Part shown: positions 1 to 8,248 of the stretch, in pieces
How the letters are laid out: each line of letters starts with the position of its first letter
Position numbering within the stretch: the first letter of the stretch is position 1
Assembly: GCA_030149205.1 (NCBI GenBank)
Contig: JASBSB010000007.1
Coordinates: forward strand, 390,001-422,000
Direction of reading: 5' to 3'
DNA from: Candidatus Heimdallarchaeota archaeon
GTDB taxonomy: Archaea > Asgardarchaeota > Heimdallarchaeia > Heimdallarchaeales > Kariarchaeaceae
Length of the DNA: 32,000 nt
Notes under the pieces: model-generated
What the model was told of the DNA's origin: nothing
The model's database searches: none
Seen by the model: only the letters and a program-made list of their open reading frames with translations
Translations under genes and position numbers: made by a program

Positions 1-424
1 CAAATCGATGAGCTCTTGCATCCCATCGTAGGTCAAGGCTCTTATCAACCAGAAAATCAACATTGATATTCAAAAGATATCTCTGTGCTATCAGTCCTTC
101 AATCTTGTATCGTGCTAACATTAGTAGGACTAAAACAGCGAGGCATAAAACAACAATGATTAAACTCAGACTCACCAATCCCTGAACGGACTGTATATTA
201 ACCCCAACCCTGGTGAAAAAGTCAATCCAGAACTTGTCTGTTGAATTGGTTGATATAGTTGGATTCCCTCCCGATCCCAAAAAGATCTCCTTTTTAATCT
301 CTTCAGCTATTAACAAAATTGTGCTTAGAAAGATGAGGTAGGTGGTTATAGTACCTATCTTTAAGACTTGTAAACTTTTCTCAAATTCATTTGCTGGCGT
401 ATTAATGTTCTCTTTTATTCTCAT
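1..424 (-). CDS. Hypothetical membrane protein, 3'-truncated by window edge (MRIKENINTPANEFEKSLQVLKIGTITTYLIFLSTILLIAEE...)
   Basis: Not in the ORF track; translated by hand. ATG at 424 sits directly after the TGA of the upstream gene and the frame stays open to base 1. At least two hydrophobic segments. Confidence 0.75.
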   Translation of the reverse strand, partial: MRIKENINTPANEFEKSLQVLKIGTITTYLIFLSTILLIAEEIKKEIFLGSGGNPTISTNSTDKFWIDFFTRVGVNIQSVQGLVSLSLIIVVLCLAVLVLLMLARYKIEGLIAQRYLLNINVDFLVDKSLDLRWDARAHRF

Positions 425-790
425 TCACTCACGCCCCCCAGAAAGCATGCTAAAAAGAACCTCGGTGACTCTCTCTCCCGCCTCAGTACATGCTTCTATG
501 AGTTTTAAGCAATTTGAGTGATTTTGGTTGAGTTGAACCAACTGATTCTTTTTACTAAGACTTTGAATATTAATTATATTTTCATTTTCAAGCTCTTCTA
601 AAGCTCTGTTTTTGTAGATGTACTTAGATTTTGGAGAATATCCAGCAATTAAAGAGAGTTCACTCGCAGTGACCCTCTTTGGATAAATATGAGCAAGTGC
701 CAAAATGAGTGATCGCTTAAATTCTCCCACTTGCTGCAAAAACATGATCAGCTCATACACCTCTGCAAGGTTTAATTTACTCTCATTCAT
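425..790 (-). CDS. Small winged-helix (wHTH) DNA-binding protein
   Basis: LILALA...VTASELS.IAGYS...ALEELENENII...LVQLN pattern fits a wHTH. ATGA overlap with the upstream gene. Confidence 0.6.
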   Translation of the reverse strand: MNESKLNLAEVYELIMFLQQVGEFKRSLILALAHIYPKRVTASELSLIAGYSPKSKYIYKNRALEELENENIINIQSLSKKNQLVQLNQNHSNCLKLIEACTEAGERVTEVLFSMLSGGRE

Positions 791-1212
791 CTCAAATTCA
801 GAGTGTATGGGGGGGTATTAAATGATTTCGCCATCCATACCTCAAATGTAATTGAGTCCGGTAATGCTAAAGGTTTCAAACTTTGCACTGTTTGATATAG
901 GGTTGGGGCATATGTCTCGACGTGTGATCCGGAAGTGATGGTGTGTTTGGTGACAACTTGAAGATCAATGGTTGAGAGACCCCATAGTTTTCCCTCATCC
1001 CCCAGTATGTGTGCGCTGAACAAAGAGGAACTTGGGGTTGTGATAACTAGCTGATTTTTGGTCTTAATCATCAATGTAATGATCACTTGATGCGTCTTTG
1101 TATCAAATTCTGCCTTGATGATCTCAAATACAAAATCTGTGGCGTTATAATTGACTGCTGCAATAACCCCTGCACTAATAATGATCCCGATCAAAAAGTA
1201 AGTATATTTCAC
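787..1212 (-). CDS. Membrane-anchored small beta-sandwich protein, possibly BsuPI-like (proteinase inhibitor fold)
   Basis: GTG start and N-terminal TM helix. LVITTPSSSLFSAHILGDEG...LQVVTKHTITSGSHVETY resembles the BsuPI pattern by eye. Confidence 0.45.
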   Translation of the reverse strand: MKYTYFLIGIIISAGVIAAVNYNATDFVFEIIKAEFDTKTHQVIITLMIKTKNQLVITTPSSSLFSAHILGDEGKLWGLSTIDLQVVTKHTITSGSHVETYAPTLYQTVQSLKPLALPDSITFEVWMAKSFNTPPYTLNLR

Positions 1213-1249
1213 AAGTAATCTTTTCTCATAAACTTATTTGACACTATTT

Positions 1250-1265
1250 GTGTACCTCTGTACAC
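1250..1265. promoter_or_regulatory. Perfect inverted repeat GTGTAC-N4-GTACAC, candidate operator
   Basis: Seen in the divergent intergenic region, 38-53 nt upstream of the GTG at 1212. Only one copy found. Confidence 0.3.
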
Positions 1266-1306
1266 TTATATCCATAGTTGCAACATGATAAAGAACTGAT
1301 GGAATT

Positions 1307-1328
1307 TTTATCGATTGTTCGATATATT
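1307..1328. promoter_or_regulatory. Candidate PadR operator TTTATCGA-N4-TCGATATATT (copy 1)
   Basis: ATCGA-N4-TCGAT palindrome upstream of the padR-like gene. 18 of 22 positions are identical to copy 2 at 1983-2004. Confidence 0.7.
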
Positions 1329-1378
1329 CTGTTGAGTAATCTCAATTCTTTTATAGATTTAAACAGTTTGAGGTTGAA

Positions 1379-1912
1379 ATGGATAATGGGACTTTATCTA
1401 ATGAATTTACCTCGAAAGAGATGAATATACTTCAGAACTGGGAGCGTCGACTTCAACGAGGATTCCTCTCATTTATTATTTTAAAGAATTTTATGAATCT
1501 TGAAAATGGTGAACCGATAAAGCTTAACGGTCAGGGAATTAAAAACAAGATTAAAACTCGAACAAGAGGAATGTGGTCTCCGTCTCCCGGCTCAATTTAT
1601 CCCATTCTAGCGGAAATGGAAAAACAGGGGATTATTCAACAAACAGAGTCAGAAAACAACAAAAACAAGAATTATGCGGCAACCGATTTTGGAGTCCGCC
1701 TTTACACCACCCTGGTTGAGAATGCCATGTTGTTTCGCCCTCCTATTCACGAATCATCCCCTTCAGTGATTGATATGAATAAATTGATCAGAAGAAATTT
1801 GGATTCATTATCGTTAAGAGAGGTCAAAACACTTTTTGAGGATTTAAAATCACGATTAGAATTTATGGAATCTTATTTAAAAGAGCGCATAATCACAGAT
1901 AAGGAATATTAG
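1379..1912 (+). CDS. PadR-family transcriptional regulator
   Basis: WSPSPGSIYPILAEMEKQGII...Y..T..G is the PadR signature. C-terminal helical dimerisation region. Confidence 0.9.
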   Translation: MDNGTLSNEFTSKEMNILQNWERRLQRGFLSFIILKNFMNLENGEPIKLNGQGIKNKIKTRTRGMWSPSPGSIYPILAEMEKQGIIQQTESENNKNKNYAATDFGVRLYTTLVENAMLFRPPIHESSPSVIDMNKLIRRNLDSLSLREVKTLFEDLKSRLEFMESYLKERIITDKEY

Positions 1913-1982
1913 GTAGGTATCTCACGCATTCGGTCTTTTGTTAAAGAGATATATCCAATAATCGACGGACAACTAATATATA

Positions 1983-2004
1983 TTTATCGAATAATCGATA
2001 TATT
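1983..2004. promoter_or_regulatory. Candidate PadR operator TTTATCGA-N4-TCGATATATT (copy 2)
   Basis: Same palindrome 16-37 nt upstream of the ABC ATPase ATG, overlapping the expected core promoter. Confidence 0.7.
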
Positions 2005-2019
2005 TAAATCCTTACAGAC

Positions 2020-3108
2020 ATGAGTTTTACTATGAATCAAATAGCACAAGAGGTTCAGCATCAGACTCATACTAGGCTGTCAGAGGTTTCCACAGAGGAT
2101 CTAATAGTCGACATCCATGGTTTGAAAAAGTACTATGGGGATGTAAAGGCTGTTGACGGAATAGATTTGCAAATACCGCGAGGAACAATCTTTGGATTTT
2201 TAGGACCAAACGGTGCAGGAAAAACCACCACAATTAGTGCACTGATAACACTGGCTAAACCAACCGCAGGAAGTGGTACGGTGGTGGGTTTTGACCTTCA
2301 TGATCGAAATAACATCAAGAAACATATTGGTGCTGTGTTTCAGGAGCAAACACTGGATGAAGAGCTTACTGGACTACAAAACCTTAAATTTCATGCAGAG
2401 ATGTATTTTCTGCCAAAACCTGTTGCAGAACAAAGAATTGAAGATTTAACAAAGATGGTCGGTATTCACGACCGACTGAGCGATAAGGTTATGAATTATA
2501 GTGGTGGAATGAGACGTCGTCTAGAAATTGCTCGGGGATTAATGACTGATCCTGAGATTCTGTTTCTTGATGAACCAACCATTGGCCTCGATCCCCAGTC
2601 TCGCGCTAACATTCTACAAAAGATCAAAGAGATGAATGAAGAGAAGGGATTAACGATCTTTATCACCACGCATGATATGGAAGAGGCTGAAAGTCTCTGT
2701 GATCAGGTCTGTATCATTGATCAGGGCAAGATAATTGTGCAGGGGACTGTAGATGAGCTAAAGAATTCACTTGGTAATGATTTTGTCATTATAAACTTTA
2801 ACTCACCAGATGAGATGAATCTTGCAATGAACCTTCTCAATGATCTTCCAGAGGTAAACGAGGTAAAATCATCCGGTTCAGTTTTACACATCGGAACCAA
2901 GAGTGGGTCAACAGCAGTAGTGAAGATACTCAACACCTTAAAGGAAAAGGTTGAGGTTAATTCTGTAGAGATCAAAAAACCCACGTTGAATGATGTCTTC
3001 CTGTATTACACTGGAAAAGAGCTTCGTGATGATGTTGCAGATTTATCAGACAGACTGAAGATGGTGGGAAGAAAAAAGGGAAGAAGAGGTATGATGAGGA
3101 GGCGATAA
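2020..3108 (+). CDS. ABC exporter ATP-binding subunit (DrrA/NodI-like)
   Basis: Walker A GPNGAGKTT, signature YSGGMRRR, Walker B LFLDEPT, H-loop TTHDM, plus a C-terminal extension. Confidence 0.97.
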   Translation: MSFTMNQIAQEVQHQTHTRLSEVSTEDLIVDIHGLKKYYGDVKAVDGIDLQIPRGTIFGFLGPNGAGKTTTISALITLAKPTAGSGTVVGFDLHDRNNIKKHIGAVFQEQTLDEELTGLQNLKFHAEMYFLPKPVAEQRIEDLTKMVGIHDRLSDKVMNYSGGMRRRLEIARGLMTDPEILFLDEPTIGLDPQSRANILQKIKEMNEEKGLTIFITTHDMEEAESLCDQVCIIDQGKIIVQGTVDELKNSLGNDFVIINFNSPDEMNLAMNLLNDLPEVNEVKSSGSVLHIGTKSGSTAVVKILNTLKEKVEVNSVEIKKPTLNDVFLYYTGKELRDDVADLSDRLKMVGRKKGRRGMMRRR

Positions 3109-3109
3109 G

Positions 3110-3976
3110 ATGTACGCAAGCACTTCAAAATCACAAGACTCTTACAATGGCTTTGGGATCTTTACCTTTATCCGATCCATCTGGACAGTTTACAAGCGGC
3201 AAAATGCCAGGTTGATAAATTCCAAGTCTCAGCTCATCTCAATTATGATTATGCCTCTACTCTGGTTGGTCATCATAGGACAAAGCTTCAATAACCTGCT
3301 AGGCAGCTCAAACCCTCTCTTCTCAGGAAATGTAAACTACATAACCTATATGACACCTGGAATTTTTGTGATGATAACCATGTTCTCCAGTCTCTTTGGG
3401 ATCATTTCATTGTTTTATGACAGAGATTCAGGCTACCTGAAGAACTATCTGCTTGCTCCCATCAGCAACACAGCAATCATATTTGGTTATGCAATGGGTA
3501 TCTACACCAGGGTGTTTATTCAGGTGTTGCTTATACTTGTAATCGCGATTGCCATAGGTGCAAACATTCCTATAACAGTGGGTTCACTCACAGCTATAAT
3601 ATTGTTCCCCGTTGTGGTCTCCTTCTTTCTTTCGGGACTAGCCATAACTCTTGCCTCCCGAGCTTCAAATGTGGAGACCTTCCAAGCAATTATCATGCCA
3701 ATAAGCATGCCATTGATGTTTCTCTCTCCAATTTTATACCCGATAAAGGCCCTACCAGACTATCTCCAATGGATTGCACAGATCAACCCCCTCTCAATGG
3801 GTGTTGAGGGATTGAGATTTGTTCTTTTAGGAAAGATCTACACTGATGGTGCAATAATTGACATTGCACAATTCAATGACCATCTTGCAATCTTTAACTT
3901 TGCCCTCCTCTTTCTGGTTGGCATAGTGTTCCTGATCATGGGGAGCAAGACATTCTTGAATTCTCTTTACAAATAA
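3110..3976 (+). CDS. ABC-2 type permease (DrrB-like)
   Basis: About 6 TM helices, YMTPGI, FYDRDSGYLKNYLLAP and INPLSMGVEGLR motifs. 1 nt after the ATPase stop. Confidence 0.95.
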   Translation: MYASTSKSQDSYNGFGIFTFIRSIWTVYKRQNARLINSKSQLISIMIMPLLWLVIIGQSFNNLLGSSNPLFSGNVNYITYMTPGIFVMITMFSSLFGIISLFYDRDSGYLKNYLLAPISNTAIIFGYAMGIYTRVFIQVLLILVIAIAIGANIPITVGSLTAIILFPVVVSFFLSGLAITLASRASNVETFQAIIMPISMPLMFLSPILYPIKALPDYLQWIAQINPLSMGVEGLRFVLLGKIYTDGAIIDIAQFNDHLAIFNFALLFLVGIVFLIMGSKTFLNSLYK

Positions 3977-4202
3977 AAGATAGGCATTGCTATTTTAATC
4001 ACTGACAGGTTTATTGAACAGCTATACATTTTACAAATATATAATAAACTATAGGGTAAAATTATTTGAGAAGTCATCAGTGACAATTAATAATAAAAAT
4101 CATTAATCAAATTGTTTAGCCCTGAAAAAATTTATGATGTTATTTAATATTTTTGTCTCAACAATTGAAAACTTTAAATTAAATAAACAATGTTCAATAA
4201 AT

Positions 4203-6401
4203 ATGATCAAAGGTAAATTTTACCTCATTTTAATTCTACTTTTGTTTTCTCTCCCTTATAGCACGAATCTAACGGTTGCGAAAACAATTAGAAAATCCAA
4301 GTCAGCAGAGCGAATTGTATCTCCCAGTGCTTTTTACACGGGGGCTTTTTACATTAATGGAAACAGTGAGTTTGCAACTGTTGCCTCAGCCAGAGGTTGG
4401 CAAGGTGATGGTAGTAAATCTAACCCATATCTTATTCAGAGTTTCTCCATAGATGGATTTGGCTCTGGAACTGGTATATTTATTGCAAATACATCTGTCT
4501 ACTTTCACGTTTTTAATATCAGTATTAGTCATTTATCGTATGCTGTACATCTTGTTAATGTTTCTCATGGTGAATTGTTGAATATAAGCTATAGACAAAT
4601 TTCATTATCACCTGCAATTTACCTGCAAAATTCTAGAGAAATTTCCATTAATGGTACGGATGGTTTATCCTCTGTTGTAGGGATTGAAGTTCAAAGTAGC
4701 AGTAATATTACATTTACAAATAATATGTTCGATGGGGGTGGATTTAGGATTAAATCAGTTTCTAATTTGATAATGAACAAAAACTTTGTTCACTATGCCA
4801 AATATGGAGTTTATGCAACAGATTCTAAAAGTTTATTCTTCAATTTCACTGTGATTTGGTATTCGGAAATTGCGGGGTTCAAGCTTTATAACTGTTCAAA
4901 TAGCTTGTTGTCTAACAACACCGTCTTTAACACACAACTTGATTCATATCGCATCAAACTATCACATAACACAACATTCATTTCTGACGTGGCAGATTTT
5001 GCCGTAAATGGCTTTGTTGCTTTAAACAGCTCTTATACATCATTTATTGGCTGTACTTCTAAACGGAACACATTAACAATCTCAGCGAGGTCAGTTTCAA
5101 CAGCCGTACTTGTGGGGTTTTATTTAAATAACAGTGATTATTCTTTCTTTAGAAATAACCTTGCATTTAAAAACATAAAAGAGGGTTTTTTGGTAGACAA
5201 TAGCCCTCATCTTACCATGGAAAATAATACAGCATCAACTAATGGAGATGGGTTCGTAGTGCTATCTAGTAATTCCAGCAAAATAACTCACAACCTTTCA
5301 TACAACAGTACCTTTTCTGAGTTTACGGCAATTTATAATTATAATTTGGATTTTTCTTTTAACCAAGCTAACACAAATCCAAATGGTCTTCTATCTACCC
5401 GCTATGAAGTATTTCATAATCCATCAAGTACTTACAGATTAAATAGATTGTTTAAAAATGGAATATCTGGGGATAGATATACCCTGAATTATATCGAAGG
5501 GATATCGGGAAATAATCTATCATTTGTTTTTATGGATGATTTTGCAACAAACTATTCCTTATACAACGGTAAAAACATGCTATATACCAAAGCTTGGACA
5601 AATGGTGTTATGGTTAATGTCTCATTTGATGGATATCGTGGAGGAAGCTATAATTTTACAATTGTGTTCAGAGATGGTTATGGATCCAATCTGACAATAC
5701 CTGTCCATCTTATAGTTATCGATCTGACGGCACCAGCACAGGTTTTAGGTTTATTAGCATCACCTCTCTCAACAACCAGTATCCAAATTTCATGGAATCC
5801 AAGCACAGCGCAAGATTTCTCACATTATAATATCTACAGATCAGGGATATTCATAAATCGTACAAAATCCACTTATTACATAGACACGCACCTTAATATG
5901 ACTACATCTTATGCTTATCAAATCACTGCTGTTGACAAAGCAGGAAATGAGGGAATGAAATCGTTCGCCATAAGTGTAATGACATTATCCCCAGACACAA
6001 CACCACCAACTATAACAATTCTTTCTCCTATTGGAACGGTTTATGATCCACTCAACATTACAGTTATCTCGGCAGATAATGTAAAGGTTGCCTCAGTAAA
6101 TTACAGGATAGATGGTGGAGGTTGGTCGAAATTGATTCAGAAGTCAGCTTTAATATGGGCGGTAATATTGAACAAAAACACAATAAAGGCAGGTAATCAC
6201 ACTTTGCTCATTAAGTCCATCGATACATCCGGAAATGTAGCGTATGGGGTGAGAACGTTTGAGTTAAGAATCAACAATACAACCAATGTGTCTATTTCCC
6301 CATCTTCAAAGGTGAATGGTGGCAGCTTTGTCCCCATACAGATATCTTCAGTGTTAATTGCACTTGTCGCTGTATTTCTTATTGAAAGGAAAAGACGATA
6401 A
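4203..6401 (+). CDS. Cell-surface protein: signal peptide, parallel beta-helix (NosD-like), fibronectin type III, Ig-like domain, C-terminal TM anchor
   Basis: MIKGK start at 4203 gives a clean signal peptide (track starts at 4134). GDGSKSNPYLI, repeated NN-containing beta-helix rungs, DLTAPAQV...ISWN...YNIYR...Y.ITAVDKAGNE fn3, and a hydrophobic tail ending KRR. Confidence 0.85.
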   Translation: MIKGKFYLILILLLFSLPYSTNLTVAKTIRKSKSAERIVSPSAFYTGAFYINGNSEFATVASARGWQGDGSKSNPYLIQSFSIDGFGSGTGIFIANTSVYFHVFNISISHLSYAVHLVNVSHGELLNISYRQISLSPAIYLQNSREISINGTDGLSSVVGIEVQSSSNITFTNNMFDGGGFRIKSVSNLIMNKNFVHYAKYGVYATDSKSLFFNFTVIWYSEIAGFKLYNCSNSLLSNNTVFNTQLDSYRIKLSHNTTFISDVADFAVNGFVALNSSYTSFIGCTSKRNTLTISARSVSTAVLVGFYLNNSDYSFFRNNLAFKNIKEGFLVDNSPHLTMENNTASTNGDGFVVLSSNSSKITHNLSYNSTFSEFTAIYNYNLDFSFNQANTNPNGLLSTRYEVFHNPSSTYRLNRLFKNGISGDRYTLNYIEGISGNNLSFVFMDDFATNYSLYNGKNMLYTKAWTNGVMVNVSFDGYRGGSYNFTIVFRDGYGSNLTIPVHLIVIDLTAPAQVLGLLASPLSTTSIQISWNPSTAQDFSHYNIYRSGIFINRTKSTYYIDTHLNMTTSYAYQITAVDKAGNEGMKSFAISVMTLSPDTTPPTITILSPIGTVYDPLNITVISADNVKVASVNYRIDGGGWSKLIQKSALIWAVILNKNTIKAGNHTLLIKSIDTSGNVAYGVRTFELRINNTTNVSISPSSKVNGGSFVPIQISSVLIALVAVFLIERKRR

Positions 6402-7035
6402 TTTTAGAGTGTTATAAATCTCCATATGCCCTGAGCAATTTCTTTGAAAGAAGACTACAATCTGTATAATCATAAATTCATAATATAAATCAATATGACG
6501 TCACACAACTCAAGTGTCTATCAAGGATTTCTCAGGAATTTTCACTCAAGAATATTCATTTTAATCTTGATATCTCAGGCCTTTTAGATTGCATTTTATC
6601 AACTTTATACAAGCATGTTCTCCAATATTTTCCTTCTTTGAATTCTATACACAACAAGGTTACTATTTGATGTAAGTATGCGTAGAATTATCCTGAAATC
6701 TTAAGATTTAGTATTTTCAATTTGAATTACATCATGTTGAGGTTTGGTTGTGAGATGATAATTCTTCTTTTCAATTTACTACTCTAGCAAAACCAAGCAA
6801 AATAATTGATTCTGTCAGTTTAGGTTACTTAACAAATCCAATTCACTGGGGGTAATATCCTATATTATTGCATATAGTAAAGACTACACGCCATTTTATG
6901 AAAATTGGACGTAGATTTATTGAGGACAATGAGGGGTCTTCTAGTGAAACAGTTAGAAAATCTTGAACAGGTTTCTTCAAAATATCAACATGGAGGTCCT
7001 ATTCACTTCTGTCAATGAATGAAAAGTTAAATTAC

Positions 7036-7671
7036 TTATTCAACAGAGGGAACTGAACTCTTCTTTTTATAGAAATAAATTTCCCAAATTCCTTGATTAG
7101 TCTTATCCTGTAAAATATACCCGCTCGAATCAAAAAGCTCTCTGATAATGTCCGATGAATGAACGTATGGTCTAAATCCATTTGCCAATCTTGTAAATAG
7201 GGAGGTGACAAAGAACAATGTTTGAATCACACGAGTTTTTTTAGGGATATTGAAGATCAAATATTTGGGCTCAAGAGCTATTGCTTTATCTAACATACCT
7301 TTGAGGTCCGGGTGGCAGTGAAGCACATTATTGAAACAAATAAGTTCTGCTGTGGGTGGATTTAGTTTGGTAAAATCTCCTTTAATAAACGTCGCACTTG
7401 TCAAATCACCAAAGAGTTCAAACCTTTTTCGGGCCAGCTCTATACCCTTTTGAGAAATTTCTATCCCAATTATTTTTTCAATGCCACTGTTTTGAAGAAG
7501 AAGTAATAACCCACCAGCTCCCATACCAACATCCATCACAGAATTTACATTTGTTGAGAGAATCTTGTCTATGAAATGCTTACCTACCTGATCAAAATTG
7601 CTATAATTGGCAGTCTTCGCCTCAGTTGAATAGCTTGAGTCAAACATCTTTGCAATATTTTCTTCTTTCAC
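7036..7671 (-). CDS. Class I SAM-dependent methyltransferase
   Basis: Motif I VMDVGMGAG, post-I IGIEIS, FIKGDF, VLHCHPD. GTG start; substrate unknown. Confidence 0.85.
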   Translation of the reverse strand: MKEENIAKMFDSSYSTEAKTANYSNFDQVGKHFIDKILSTNVNSVMDVGMGAGGLLLLLQNSGIEKIIGIEISQKGIELARKRFELFGDLTSATFIKGDFTKLNPPTAELICFNNVLHCHPDLKGMLDKAIALEPKYLIFNIPKKTRVIQTLFFVTSLFTRLANGFRPYVHSSDIIRELFDSSGYILQDKTNQGIWEIYFYKKKSSVPSVE

Positions 7672-7729
7672 TTAACTTGTTCTTTTTACCTTCTATATAT
7701 ATTTTTGTAAGGTCAATTTGAAGTGATTT

Positions 7730-8248
7730 CTAAAGAATCTTGTTTAGTGTTATGATGATATCTCGAAAGAACAAACCAATAAGCAGAGAATTAAAAACAA
7801 TTACATAGATCAAAAAGACAGTGAGTGAAACATCTGCCAGGTACAACATTACTGCCCCTATTAACTGAAAAAAGCTCAAGATGAGGTATATCAGCAGTTT
7901 AGGGACGTGATGATCAGCAACACGTATGTGGTCTGCAAGTTCCCCGAGAAGTACAGGGTTTCTCTCCCTGACAAAGTACTGCCCACTTTCTGTTTTATCT
8001 ATTAGTTCAAAGTTCAACAATCTGTTCAGATGGTAAGAAGCCAGTGACGGTGTCCCAAACTCCAAGGCTCTCTGAATCTCTCTTACTCCAAATCTTACGT
8101 TTGGGCTATCTGCTAAGAGATAGTACACCTTTAACGTGTTTCCTCTGATTTTCTCTGCTATCAGGTTCTCATCTGGTGATTCTGGGTACAGTTCCATATT
8201 CTTGTTCATGTCAATAACCTTGGGTCTTGATAGATCACGTTCACCCAT
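7730..8248 (-). CDS. Membrane-tethered wHTH regulator (N-terminal wHTH plus 2 C-terminal TM helices), copy A
   Basis: GNTLKVYYLL...GVREIQRAL...TPSLASYHLNRL...GQYFV is an archaeal wHTH pattern followed by two hydrophobic helices. TGATG overlap with the upstream gene; paralog at 27233-27784. Confidence 0.85.
   Translation of the reverse strand: MGERDLSRPKVIDMNKNMELYPESPDENLIAEKIRGNTLKVYYLLADSPNVRFGVREIQRALEFGTPSLASYHLNRLLNFELIDKTESGQYFVRERNPVLLGELADHIRVADHHVPKLLIYLILSFFQLIGAVMLYLADVSLTVFLIYVIVFNSLLIGLFFRDIIITLNKIL

Noticed and set aside
2721-3708. Antisense ORFs 2721-2984 and 3520-3708
   Set aside because: Shadow frames of the ABC genes with no protein-like features.
6402-7035. About 630-bp intergenic region as a possible ncRNA, pseudogene or repeat
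   Set aside because: No ORF of 60 aa or more in the track; I saw no tRNA-like, repeat or strong hairpin pattern.
1766-8219. Identical hexapeptide VIDMNK in the PadR and in wHTH-TM copy A
   Set aside because: Different codons and context, and absent from copy B; treated as coincidence.
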